Source of the DNA: Sporopachydermia quercuum
Taxonomy: Eukaryota
Length of the DNA: 64,000 nucleotides
Direction of reading: 5' to 3'
Assembly: GCA_001599295.1 (NCBI GenBank)
Contig: BCGN01000002.1
Coordinates: 1,302,001 to 1,366,000, forward strand
Shown: piece by piece, positions 51,232 to 64,000 of the stretch
How positions within the stretch are numbered: position 1 is the first letter of the stretch
How the letters are laid out: every line of letters begins with the position of its first letter
Notes under the pieces: model-generated
Databases searched by the model: none
Told to the model about the DNA's origin: nothing
Seen by the model: only the letters and a program-made list of their open reading frames with translations
Position numbers and translations under genes: made by a program

Positions 51232-53136
51232 TTTTCATTAAAGCAAACAATGTTGCTTTTAGTGACTTCTGAGAAGAACAGAGAACCGGAAAAGCAAGGA
51301 TGCAAAGAAAAAGGCAATGCCTAGACGGACTTGGCCATAGTCTTTTAGAAAAAAACTGTGTGGACGGTTTCAAGTTGTTGATGTGTGTTTTGGTGATGAT
51401 TTTAGGGCTTTAATAAGAATTCAAACCAGGATGCCTCATACAAGTGTGAAGAAAGGCTNTTGGAAGGGGTTGATTTTCATACAAAAAGTAGAAAGAATTA
51501 GGATATGTGAGAGAGTTAAGGTTTTGGGGTTGATGTAAGTATATGCCGGAGAAGAGCAAGCTTAAATTCCAATGATAAGTGGCAGCGCTTCAAGATTTGT
51601 GTACTGTAGGTGCACAATACTTGCAGGGAGAAATAAAGATGGAAGATATTGTTAATAAGTATAATGAGATAATAGAAAATAAACAGTAGTTTGGTAACAA
51701 ATCAATTTTGTAGATATATATGAAGTGATGAGCCATATTTACCAACGATATTACAAGTATTCGTATGAATGTTTATTTAAATGTCACGAAACTCATGCGA
51801 GGATGATGAACTGTAGCAAGACAAATTAAAGAGATAAATTGGTGAGCGTGACATTTCACGACAATGACAGTTTGTACGGAAGGAGGTATATGAACAACGG
51901 AAACGATGTGGGAATGATAACAGAAGAGTAATTGATGTTGGTCTATCATAGGGAAATCAACTATCATTGAAATCTTATACTAAAGGAACTGTTAGATAGT
52001 TGCTGAGTAGTATGCTTATAGGTTGATATTCAGAATATAGTTGGAAAAAAAATGGAGGGGAAGATGGTTGTGATCCAGAAATCAATTGCTTGATTGATTG
52101 GATCATCTCGAGGTATTGACAGATCAAATAGATAAGACAGGTAGAAGCTCTGGTGCTGATAGCAATATATACAAAAGGTAAACTGGCTACCGACCAGCTG
52201 TGATCGTTCTGTTGGCTTTCCTGGGCACTGTATGTACCTAGGAAAGGTCCGAGCTCTGTAATTTGTATGCTACGAATATCATGAAGAAACTGCTTTCAAG
52301 TTAGAGAAAGCGCGTGTATTATAGGTATTAGATTCGATTGCATTTTTNTTGATTGCCTGTGATAGTGTGATGATTTGCATGAAGTCATGCATATAAAGGG
52401 TGAACCGTTTTGAAGCACTTAGAAATGATGAATGATGATAGAACATATATTTAACTGATAGTTCAACCACTGTTCTAAAAAGCATATAGTAAAGATTGCA
52501 TTTAGAGCTTTCATATGGCAATAANAATCAGGAATATTAAACTTTCAGTTCCTGCGTGTCAGTGCATAAGATTGCAGTAACTGGCTACCCTCTACCCATG
52601 GACGTACATTCTCATCTTTCACTCAGAGATCTATCAAAAGTTTTCATAGTCTGATAAATTACCAATTACAAAGAAGCTGGAATAGAACCAATTTTCATTT
52701 CCATCTTTAAATCCAACTTTCACAGCAGATTATTCAAATCTCTTTGATTCGCTCACAGAATTATGCGAAGTTCTATCCTTTTATTCCGGACGAAAAACTC
52801 AGTAATTATTTTACCTCCATTATCCACTCGCACGTGCATCTCCAATTTTATCGGACACAATACAACCACACCAACGCGACTACAAGTTTCGGACAGCCAT
52901 TTTTAATTTTCCCACCTTTCCAACACAATTGAACCATGAAAAATCTTTTCAGATGTGTTATGGCGGGAGCCACGTATTCACCTTTTCTTTTCCTACTTAA
53001 CCAAAAGAGTCTGTCAATTGTTTCTTTTCCTTCTAAAAACTAATATATACTATAAGATCAAAGATCATATTTGCGAATCATAAAGAGATCTTAAAATCAT
53101 CCTTGTTTAGTCTAATATACATTAAAGATATACACA

Positions 53137-54486
53137 ATGTCAGCTCCAGCTTCTAACTACAAGGTTGCCGATATCAGTCTTGCTGCCTTTGGCCGTAAGG
53201 AAATTGAATTGGCAGAAAATGAAATGCCTGGTTTGATGCAAATCAGAGCCAAGTATGCTCCTTCCCAACCTTTGAAGGGTGCCAGAATTGCTGGATGTCT
53301 CCACATGACTATTCAAACCGCTGTTTTAATTGAAACTTTGGTTGCTCTTGGTGCTGAAGTTACCTGGTCTTCTTGTAACATTTTCTCCACTCAAGATCAC
53401 GCTGCTGCTGCTATTGCTGCAGCTGGTGTTCCAGTTTTCGCCTGGAAGGGAGAAACCGAAGAAGAATATCTTTGGTGTATTGAACAACAATTGTTCTCTT
53501 TCAAGGACGGTAAGAAGCTCAACTTGATTTTGGACGATGGTGGTGATTTAACCTCTTTGGTTCACGAAAAGCACCCTGAAATGTTGGAAGGATGTTACGG
53601 TCTTTCTGAAGAAACCACCACTGGTGTTCACCATCTTTACAAGGCTCTTAGAGATGGTAAGCTGAAGGTTCCTGCTATCAACGTTAACGACTCTGTCACC
53701 AAGTCTAAGTTCGATAACTTGTACGGATGCAGAGAATCTTTAATCGATGGTATTAAGAGGGCCACTGATGTTATGTTGGCTGGTAAGGTTGCTGTTGTTG
53801 CCGGTTTCGGTGATGTTGGTAAGGGTTGTGCTATGGCCTTGAGAGGTATGGGTGCCAGAGTCATTGTTACCGAAGTCGATCCTATCAATGCTTTACAAGC
53901 CGCCGTTTCTGGTTACCAAGTTGCTCCTTTAGAAGAAGTTGCTTCCATTGGTCAAGTTTTCGTTACCACTACTGGTTGTAGAGATATCATCACTGGTGTA
54001 CACTTCTCCAAGATGCCTAATGACGCTATTGTGTGTAACATTGGTCATTTTGATATTGAAATTGATGTTGCTTGGTTGAAGGCCAATGCCAAATCTGTTG
54101 TCAACATCAAGCCTCAAGTTGACAGATTCTTGTTGGAAAACGGTAACCATATCATCCTTTTGGCTGAAGGTAGATTAGTCAACTTAGGTTGCGCTACTGG
54201 ACACTCTTCTTTCGTTATGTCCTGCTCTTTCTCTAACCAAGTCTTGGCTCAAATTGCTTTATTCAAGTCCAATGATGAAGCTTTCAGAAAGGAATTCGTC
54301 GAATTCTCCAAGTCTGGTCCTTTCGAAGTTGGCGTCCATGTCTTGCCTAAGATTTTGGATGAAACCGTCGCCAGATTACACTTGGATCACTTAGGTGTTA
54401 AATTGACCACCTTGACCGATGTTCAATCTGAATACTTAGGTATCCCAGCTGAAGGTCCATACAAGAGTGAACTCTACAGATACTAG
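53137..54486 (+). CDS. SAH1: S-adenosylhomocysteine hydrolase
   Basis: [37 protein letters not shown] and [12 protein letters not shown]. Confidence 0.98.
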   Translation: MSAPASNYKVADISLAAFGRKEIELAENEMPGLMQIRAKYAPSQPLKGARIAGCLHMTIQTAVLIETLVALGAEVTWSSCNIFSTQDHAAAAIAAAGVPVFAWKGETEEEYLWCIEQQLFSFKDGKKLNLILDDGGDLTSLVHEKHPEMLEGCYGLSEETTTGVHHLYKALRDGKLKVPAINVNDSVTKSKFDNLYGCRESLIDGIKRATDVMLAGKVAVVAGFGDVGKGCAMALRGMGARVIVTEVDPINALQAAVSGYQVAPLEEVASIGQVFVTTTGCRDIITGVHFSKMPNDAIVCNIGHFDIEIDVAWLKANAKSVVNIKPQVDRFLLENGNHIILLAEGRLVNLGCATGHSSFVMSCSFSNQVLAQIALFKSNDEAFRKEFVEFSKSGPFEVGVHVLPKILDETVARLHLDHLGVKLTTLTDVQSEYLGIPAEGPYKSELYRY

Positions 54487-55759
54487 ATGTATCACGTTTT
54501 GATTCACCCTTAGAGTCCCGATAGCATTAAAAGAACAGGACAATCAAACGAGTCCTGTTTTTCTATTTTACAAGATTCATGTTAATTTTTCTTTCTCAAA
54601 ATCAACTTGTACATATGCATCAACTGCATTTCCTTTCATTCCTTTCCTGGAAAAGGGTCATCAATTATGTTGTTTTAAATCATTACAAACGACATTTTGT
54701 ATTTTATTTGGCTTTCTATTTCTTTTTTTTTTTTGACAATCTTATTATGGGTGGGAATTTTATAAACTTGTGCTAATTATCTGGGCTTAAAGGGATATTT
54801 TATATAATGATCTATGATCTTTTATTTTGCTTGCAAACATATATCTGATATGTACAAAACTAATGAATTCCTCAACGGATATCTATAGAAACCTTTTTCT
54901 TCTCTCATGTAATGTAGATTGTATCGTAAAGTGCTATGATAATGCCGTCAATGTTAAGGGAAACTCGATCCACAGATATTCTGACCATCAACATGATCCT
55001 GTTGTCCTTCTACCAGGAATATCCGCTATACACTACTCCACTAACTGCCAGTATCAGCCATTCATTATATATTTACTCATAATCCTACTCATAGATAAAC
55101 CTTCAACAATGTCTTACCATATCAAGTATCTCATTGTTAGTCCCATTACCCCAATGTCCCAAGCTGAATGCATCACTTTGACCCGATTTCGACTACCGTA
55201 CGACTTGGCTCTCCTTCGTACGCAGTTAGCATAGAATTTGTACCAAAGGATGGGTAACTTGTCCTTTCCAAGTACAGTATCTGTANTGTATCTATCTCAT
55301 AAGACAAGTGAGGCGAACGAACTGTTTGAAGTACAGGAACAGTAAGCAAACGATGATTGATTGGCTNATAGATAGAGTAAGAATTGGAAATGAAGACTAG
55401 GCGAATATAGCATTGATAGAATTGATCTTAGTCATAGTTTGATAGGCTGATAATTTGTTTTATGATTAGCCAGGTGTGTTTGTTTGCTATTGTAGAAGTG
55501 ACTATCGTCTTTGAAATTGTATGATTTATCGATCTACAAATTGAATGTTATACCAATACAATCAGGTTAGAAGACTTCTTTGAAGATATAATCAATTGAA
55601 ACAATCAAGCGGTTAATTTCAAGGTAGCAGCTTTTTCATCAAACAAGCGTCTTGTTAAAAGGGAACCATTGATCATAATAGTACACAATCGTTGGTCAAA
55701 TTCCGTGATAACCAAACTGATAAGCTAAAGGAATCAAGTAAACGTAGACAGAGGTAGCC

Positions 55760-57780
55760 ATGTCGCCTAAGAATCAAATGTGAGTATAAGAAAATCAAGA
55801 GATAGTTAATTCCTATAATTCTTTATATGTACTAACAAATATTCTAGTATTGTTCCATCATATCTGAGGAGCATCGCCTTTGGCATGGTCCTGGAGAATC
55901 CTGAGTCATCTACACCAGTCAAACCCTTGATTAATTATGCTTCGGAAAGCAANCAAGGCCAAGCATACAATAAGCAAGAATCTGATACAGGAATCGAGCA
56001 AATAGCTGCTTATGGATTATTAGGATACAACCCTGAAGCTGTTTTATCTGATTCTGCTTTTGGTGCCAACTTATTATCACTTTTAGTTCAACGAATACAA
56101 CAGAATTCAGTATATAGAAACAATGGGGATGATCCATCAAAGACTGATGATAACAGCTTAGTAAACGAGGATGATGCCAAACCAAAGACAAATACAACAA
56201 GAATTGGAAACTCAGATTTAAACAATAGGTCAATTTTGAACTCAGAAGATGACGATAATTATGATCGAGATGTATTAATGTCAAGTAGCTTCAATCTGGG
56301 TACATCACAACTGCTTGGACAATCCTTAGTTGATCCGTTGAATGCGAACGATAAAGAATTGACGTGCAGCTTGAGCCAGTATCCTTTACCTACAAAATGG
56401 GATATATCACCATCGTCTTCTATTAACTTATCTAATAATGGCACCGAATTGAAACTTCCCACAGACCCATCATCAAATAATAAGAACTCACACATAGGCG
56501 TGAAGTCAAACAATTCAATTCCAGTGAACTGCGGATTGTTTTATTTTGAAATTGAGATAATCTCAGAAGAAAGAGAATGTAAAGTGAGTATAGGTTTAGC
56601 AGCTCTTTCAGCTAAAGTAACATCTGCTCCTGGATTGGACCAAAATACTTGGGGATATCATGGAGCTGATGGAGAAATATGCTGCAATCACGAACCTTCT
56701 GTTCCTTGGGGTCCTAAATTTCGAGCTGGTGATATCATTGGCTGCGGAATCAACTACAGCTCACAATCAGTTTTCTTTACTAGAAATGGCATTATGTTGG
56801 GTACTGCTTTCTCCGGTATTGATGAAGAAGTAACGCCTTGTATTGGCTTAACATCTGGATGTGGAGTTAAAACAAATTTTGGCACTGAAGGTCAATCTTT
56901 TTTATTTGATATAAACCAATATATTGAGAACGAGAAGAGTTTATGTTATGAGAAAATCAATGAAAAAATTAACTCTAATAATGCAAGATCAGATGCTACA
57001 AATGGTTCATTAGATATCTCTTCTATGGACTCTCCGTTGCTATTTCAAAATATCCCCGACAAAGCACCTTTATCTGAAAGTTTGAATGAAAAAACCATAC
57101 CAGTTTTCATACAACAATTAATGGCATCTTATTTCACTCATTTAGGTTATGTTGATACCGCTAAGGCATTTAAACAAGAAATAAATCAGGAAAATGAGCT
57201 TTTACATACTTTACCTGATAAATCAAAAAGTGGGAAGACTACTTCGTCTGAGATTGTTCATTTTGAAGAAAATGATAGTGTTGTGAACAGACAAAGAATG
57301 CGACAAGCTATTATGGCTGGAGATGTAGACGAAGCGATCGAACTACTGAAGGCGAATTATCCTGAGTTATATGCCAAACAGAACATTGCTTTTCGTCTGC
57401 ACTGTCGTAAATTCATTGAACTGATTAATTCTGCAAGCTTGGGCAAAATAGAAACATCAATTGCCATTACCTATGGTCAAGAGCTAGGTACTATTTATCA
57501 AGGAGAAGATTTCAGTACGAAATTGACAGAAATCTTTTCATTATTAGCTTATTTAGACCCACACCAATCAACATCTGGCTATTTACTATCGGACGATGAA
57601 AGAGCGAAATGCGCAGAGGAAATAAACGCAGCAATACTTGTATCTCAAGGCAAAACAGCTCAAACAGGACTTGATTTGTTACTCATACAGACTGAAGGAG
57701 TAGTCAGAAGTCTGTTCGAAAGCGATGATCCTACTTCTTTATTTGTAAATGTGAAGAAAGATATCTTGACTATGCAATAG
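55760..57780 (+). CDS. VID30: GID complex SPRY-LisH-CTLH scaffold (Vid30/Gid1, RanBP9/10-like), two exons
   Basis: Exon 55760-55779, intron 55780-55847, PSYL, SPRY domain (FYFEIEI, WGYHGADG, GCGIN), LisH (YFTHLGYVDTA) and CTLH/CRA. Confidence 0.85.
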
Positions 57781-57996
57781 AAATGTAACACGAATGTCAG
57801 ATGAACGCCACACGATTTAATGAAATATACTGGGCAAATGGTTGGTTGATGAGATATGCCATACTTTGTAATGTAATGTAGAGTCAATGATAATAAAAAT
57901 TTTATTTACAAGACGTATTTTCATTCTTTTGTTTAGAATTAAACCAGTCTATTATAATGTTATACAAAAAGCGCCATTAAGGCAAGGNCTTGTTTA

Positions 57997-58637
57997 TCAC
58001 TTCCAAATGGTTTTGATTTTGTCGTATACTACATCTGGAAGTACTAAAAATCCGTCTGATGATACCAAACGATACATTTCATTCCATTGGAATGAACCAG
58101 GAACCATTTCTCCTTCAGGATCAACGTATACTAACCCTAAAGTATCATCAACTTCTGGTATCCTTCCATATGGTGGAGGATTACGGAAGTCACTTATAGC
58201 TAGAAACCCATTAGGATTCATTAGAGCAAAAGATCGATAATGTGGATCGTGATGAATGTTTGTNGAGATGGTTTTAGTTAGTAATTCTATAAATTCGCGA
58301 TTCTCATGGTTAGGTAAAGGTATGAAAGATTCTGGATTGATGTCTTTGGATTTCGTGAATCCAACTGGTTTTCCACCGTCTGTCGAGTATGTTATAGAGT
58401 AAACGTTAGGCGCTGATAATTCATGAAGATACTACAATTGCGCGTTAGTTAGTATTCATAAGCTAGCTATATTATCAAATAATATGGAATAATGAAGCGC
58501 GCAAATCTGATCTGATCTTTTCATAATAAACTCATTGACCGAATCAGAATATTACATACAATCTGAGGGTTCTTAGGAACTGTGAAATAGCCTCGAATGA
58601 AGTCTCTTGAAACCAAAGGTCGAATTCTTGCAAGCAT
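57997..58637 (-). CDS. Uncharacterised, probably mitochondrial protein, two exons, 170 aa
   Basis: Arg-rich presequence-like exon 58560-58637, intron 58432-58559 and a C-terminal DFRNPPPYGRIPEVDD..G motif. Confidence 0.75.
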
Positions 58638-59383
58638 TTTATCTGGTTCTATATATATAAGTAATAGATCATAATAGCTCTGATTCAATAAAACTGAATT
58701 TATTCCTTATGATGACTTTAAACAAAGAGAAAGAGGGTCCAGTAGAACTATTCGCTAGCTTAGTTTTTCTTATATGCTTATGCTTATCTAATGCGTAGTA
58801 GCAAGCAATTCACAATCTAATAGAGTAAAACCAGTAGCAGGAACCCGGTAAACTCTAGATCAACTGAATATATAAATATGAAGTAACTGATTTATCTCAT
58901 GAATTTATATCGATTTTATTGTACCTTCAAATCAATAAGAAACATCGTTGATGTAGTATTGCCATTTGAAAAATGTCTTCTGGCATTCTACATCGATCAG
59001 GAAAGCATGCATTCGCTCCTCAGGAAGAGATAGATGGATGGNTAGATGGGATTGAGGAGGATGGGAAGAGAGCATAGCAATACAAATATAAGAATTATGA
59101 AATAATAAAAATCAGATTGAGTGCAGCAGATCACTCGTTATTTTTACTTTTATTAAAATGACTAATTTAATGGCTTTTTATCANCAGAGCAAGTGCTCAA
59201 TGGACATGTTCAGGTTTCGAACAATGGAGTAGAAGAAGTTCAATTGAATACTGGATAGGATCATTATGATTGGTAGAATTTAATTATCTTATAGTATCAC
59301 AACGGGAACAACTAAAAGTAATGACAAAAAGAAAGAGGAAGCTCGTAAACATAAGCATTATAATTGTATTCATTCATATATTT

Positions 59384-60079
59384 CTAAGGATAAACACCAA
59401 CAGCTGATATAAAGAACAAAGCACCAAATCTATTGAAACGTTTGATTAGTATGCAAATTACCATTGTCATCAGAATGCATAATCACTAGCAAAGAGTTAC
59501 TAATTCAACAGTTCATCTATTAAAAAAGAAAGAAAACTTACCCGAATGCTAAAGATGCTACAACACTTATTAATAGATATGTAAATGTTCCTGAAGCACC
59601 ATTTTTATCTGTAGAAAGCGATTGTTAGTAAATGGATCAATTGTGAACATACCAAAATACAATCATTAGAATGCAAACAAAATTAATTTGAGTTGACTTC
59701 TCACTTACCAGAAATCAATCCAGCGGCACTTAGTATAATTGCTAGTTAATTGTTAGAAAACTACTCTCTAAATAAACAAGACATATCAATAAACGACGTA
59801 TTCGAACGTATTGGAACTCTTCTATTATAACTTACCAACAGATAGTAATAATGCTGCTAAAGAGTTCTGGGCCTGAAGCGGGATAGCAGGATTATACACC
59901 TCACCCTTGTTCCAAGCAGTCTATTGAAATACGACTCATATGTTAGATCAAACTATACAACATAACTATTTTCTCTTTTCATATTGATTCCTCAAATCAA
60001 TCAATCACGATCCCTTCCAACAATCAACTCAACTCACCAATAGCTCCACATAGCGTAGTACCGATTCTCTTAATTCCAT
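59384..60079 (-). CDS. OST5: Oligosaccharyltransferase subunit Ost5/TMEM258, five exons, 90 aa
   Basis: Exons 60038-60079, 59836-59920, 59709-59741, 59542-59608 and 59384-59429 splice in frame to a two-TM protein ending SLAFGFGALFFISAVGVYP. It is absent from the ORF track and lies between VID30 and MTC3. Confidence 0.85.
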
Positions 60080-60676
60080 CTTGAACGTGATCTATCTCCA
60101 CTTGCACTCCTATTTGGAAACATATAGCTGCAATACAAATCGACAACTTCTCAGTATCTATCCAGTTGATCCACATAACTACATCCTATTCATCTTGCAT
60201 TAAATAGAAAGTGTTTGCTATGTTGATTTTCAATTCCGTAACGTATCAATCGAATTAACTAATGGATGAAAAGCTCGTCCTAATACAGGTGATAGATCTT
60301 CTTCTCACATTTANGATTAAAAGTACTCACCAAAAAATGTATCACAAAAACTGTTCGACATGTTCTGTGGGAAAGCCCAAAATATATTGTTATACTGCTT
60401 GATTGAATTATGTTATAGTTATTGAAATACTANTTAAATATTTTGGAACTTTTTGCGAAGTTTTTCAGTAGTTTTATCTGCAAACAGAGACAGAAGAAGA
60501 AATAAAGGGGAAAGGCAAAAGGTAGTGCTGCTAGNAGAACTGCAGAGCGTCGATTCTGACAGAGCAAACTGCATACAATTCAAGAGATAGTAACAGAAGT
60601 TCATAAATTATTTACTCAACAATCACCGAAGAAGACTTATTTTTCTAATTATAAGAATATACGATATTGCGGCAAA

Positions 60677-61114
60677 ATGCTACGATTAATTGCTAGGAAT
60701 CCCATACAAAAAATAGGCCACAATGGTCTACGACACTTGTCTACAAGTGCTACAAGAAGCAATGACGAGCATCATCATTTAAAGGACAGTCCACATTATT
60801 CGCAAGCTTTCGATCATTCATTAAACGGAATAGAGAGAAGATGGGATAAGATGGACCCATTAGATCAACAAGACGTTGTTTATTACCTAGAGGATCGAAT
60901 GAAAGGTGACTGGAACCAATTGACAGACAATGAACGAAAAGCCGCTCATTTTGTTTCTTATGGTCATTGGGGACCAAGACATGGGAAACCAAAAAGAAGT
61001 TGGATGCCTTTGATATTTGATTCCGGGGTTGCTTTATCGCTGATAATTGTCACATTACTCAATATTGACAGCGATGAAGAGCTGATCAAGAAAATCAAAA
61101 CATCCCAACGGTAA
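60677..61114 (+). CDS. MTC3: Cox4/Cox5-family mitochondrial protein, Mtc3-like
   Basis: Presequence, then RWDKM..Q..V..L..RMKGDW.QLT..ERKAAHFVSYGHWGPR and one TM helix; divergent from OST5. Confidence 0.7.
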   Translation: MLRLIARNPIQKIGHNGLRHLSTSATRSNDEHHHLKDSPHYSQAFDHSLNGIERRWDKMDPLDQQDVVYYLEDRMKGDWNQLTDNERKAAHFVSYGHWGPRHGKPKRSWMPLIFDSGVALSLIIVTLLNIDSDEELIKKIKTSQR

Positions 61115-62079
61115 ACATTCAACTTATATCCTCTTACCTCAGGATGACCTATGGTGGAACTAACTTTTTACTCTATCAACATCAATATAGTCAATCTTCT
61201 AGAATATCCTGTACATAATNGAAACGAAACAAATAGAAGACTGATGCACTCCTTCTGTATCAGAGAACACAGAGGAACAGCCTCTGGCTACTGTACTATA
61301 CTCTCAATCTCTTTTAGATTTACCTCACATCATCTGACCTTTTTCAACCTCCATCCATAACTATATCTTCCGTCTTTGAACACTTTTCTTTTCAGTAAAA
61401 CTTCCTCTTTATCAGTTCATAACATCGCCGAGACTCACTGTACTCTTATCTACTTGATTCATCAAACTCATAACGTTAATGCCTGACGGCCTTCTCCTCT
61501 ATCACAATTCTCTTCTTCGGCGAACGTTTGGAGCTACTGTTACCACAAATCACACGTGACATCGAAATAAAGTTTGACTCATCCCATGTGGTATTAAAGT
61601 TTAAAACACTCTAACTTAAAATTAAACCTTATTCATATGGCTCGATCTAAACATTGCTGAGTGGAATGAAGAGAAAGATGGCTCTCCAAACCTGAACAAA
61701 GAAGCAATAACACCCTTTGCCATGGAGATCAGTAAATCATAATTAGGCAGAGTCTCTCGTGAGCTTTAGCGACTCACCTCTTGTAGATAGGTCTGAGATT
61801 ATCACAGAATCTGGGAGAGTTACACAGTTGGCACAGTCAGGTATTTCTTGTATTGACAAGTCTGAGAGTAGTGATTGAAGTTATATTGTGGGATAAGAGT
61901 TGGATAAGCATCACATAGCAGCCAGAAGAGAAGGACTACTTTCTGAATCTTACCAAAAAGTTTACAGTTTGTTTAAAGTTCTATTTTTGATGAGTTTGGA
62001 AAAGCATTGTTATCGCTACTAAGTGAACGTACAAACCATTCATGCTATTTCTTCTTTGCTACCTAGACTCGCAGCAATT

Positions 62080-63894
62080 ATGACACATTCAATTCTACTA
62101 CAAACAATCCTGATATGCTGCCTGTTAAGGCTGGGTCTTTCATTTCCTGTCGATTTGAGGTCTATTTTGTCGGAAACGTTTTCTGCTTTGGACCATCCTT
62201 TTCTCTCATACTCCAACGATAAAGAGCCTATTGAGACAGATCTCACGGGACGAAAGATAGCATCATTCTCATCTCCACGCAAACTGAAAGGAAGGTTTCT
62301 GCATATAACTGGTAAGTCAATTCGAATTTTGCATTTATAAATATCTTAATATTTCTGAGAAGACTGGTACTAACNGAATGTGAAAACAGATATTCACCCT
62401 GACCCTTACTACTTGGCAAACACTAATACTAACGACGAAGAGTTATGTCATTTTGGCAAAGGAGATGCAGGCGAATTCGGAACACCCCTTTCAGGATGTG
62501 ATGCGCCGTATTCATTAGTCAATGGCACCTTTGATTGGATCAAGGAAAACTTGGCTGATGAGATTGACTTTATTGTGTGGACAGGCGACAATGCTCGTCA
62601 TGATAACGATAGACGTCTTCCGCGTAACTCTGCACAAATCATCCAACTGAACAAGTTTATTGCCAGCAAATTTGAATCAGTTTTCGCAAATCCTGTTACA
62701 GGCTTATTGGATATACCTATAGTCCCTAATATTGGAAATAATGACGTTTTCCCTCATAATGTGATGTCTGAGGGACCATCTAAATTAACAAGACAACTTT
62801 ACTCTGTATGGAATAGATTTCTACCACAAGAACAGTTTCATATCTTTGAGATCGGTGGGTATTTTGTTTCGGAAGTTGTTCCAAACCAGTTAGCTATCAT
62901 TTCGCTAAATACTCTTTACTTTTATAAGCAGAACCCTTTTGTCGACAATTGTGATGAAAAATCACAACCGGGCAGAAAGCAATTTGAATGGTTAGGATTG
63001 ACATTAGAAGCACTACGGAAAAGAGGAATGAAAGCTTGGGTAATTGGCCATGTTCCGCCCGTACCAAAGAATTATGACCAGTCATGTCTGAGAAAGTACA
63101 CATTATGGATGACAGAGTTTTCTGATGTTGTAGTTGGTTCAATTTTTGGTCATATGAATGTTGATCATTTCGTACCATTAGATGGTATCCAAGCCTATGA
63201 CTTAAGAGTCAATCCTATTCATCGAGGCAAAGGGGAGAATGGAACTCACGATGGCGATGATGATGATGACGATGATAGTGACGACGCTGAAAATAAAATG
63301 TCTATTGAAGATAAAGACTTGCTCACGTTAAAGCCCCTTCAAGCTGGAATGGATTATTTTGACGATTTGTTAAAGTCATTCAAGAGGATAGACATAAATG
63401 AACTTTTGGCACCTAGAAGCTCGCAGTTTGCTGTAACTATAGTCTCACCATCTGTTGTTCCTAACTTCTATCCTTCTCTGAGAGTTTACGAATATAACAT
63501 TACAGATGTTAAAGAGCAAACAGAACAATTCGAACCTTGGGCGAGGGTTTATGACAAGTTCGAAGAAACTGCCAAAAAGAAAGATATATCTGAACCACCA
63601 TTACGGAGGTTAAACGAAACATTTGGTGCTAATGGGTTTGGTCCAGGGTACGAAGAACAGACTTGGACTGCAACAAGGTATATACAATACTACGCCAATC
63701 TAACTGACAATACCGATTACCAAGTTGAGTACTCATCAGATGTCTCACCTTACAATATGAAGTCTCTGATAGTGGAAGAATGGATAAAACTTGCTGAACG
63801 GATAGTAAAAGATGAGGATTTATGGGATGCATTCGTGCAACGAGCTTTCGTTAATACTGGATTTCACGAATCAAATGAGTTTTTAGATGTATGA
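62080..63894 (+). CDS. PPN1: Vacuolar endopolyphosphatase, two exons
   Basis: GRFLHIT|DIHPD across intron 62312-62389; WTGDNARHD, GNND, GHVPP and FGHMN metallophosphoesterase motifs. Confidence 0.93.
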
Positions 63895-64000
63895 TACATA
63901 GTTTGGTCATTCTATGTCCGTTTTGAAATGAAACAATTTACGAATGACAACTCAAGTACTTAACGTAGGTTCTGAAGTGAAAATAGAAGATGGGTACATA

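Noticed and set aside
53661..53664. Alternative CUG code
   Set aside because: CTG sits at a conserved Leu in SAH1 (GKLKVPAIN), consistent with the standard code. This rests on a single site.
54827..55234. 135-aa ORF between SAH1 and VID30 (also 39479-39790)
   Set aside because: No recognisable motifs or coding-like composition. The 39479 ORF is antisense to the pseudogene.

Overview
Gene-dense chromosomal window from an intron-bearing budding yeast (Saccharomycotina). Introns are GTAAGT/GTATGT...CTAAC...YAG, and CUG appears to encode Leu, judging by a conserved Leu position in SAH1. Gene order: MDN1 (5' part, runs off the left edge), a multiply disrupted REX3 pseudogene, an orphan coiled-coil gene, a snR79-like C/D snoRNA, SEN2, LCL2, a DUF202 protein, PHB1, VPS17, a YOR131C-like HAD hydrolase, APM3, VPS55, SSC1, CDT1, SPF1, a Rua1-like zinc-binding gene plus its decayed tandem paralog, MCM3, BCK1, SAH1, VID30, a small mitochondrial-type protein, OST5, MTC3 and PPN1. 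Several blocks match gene order recalled from S. cerevisiae. The most unusual signal is a dense, strand-symmetric, frame-independent CCG/CGG enrichment across the MDN1 coding region, locally spaced about 10 bp apart, that stops at the start of the gene. All family assignments come from motif recognition and recall; no database search was run.
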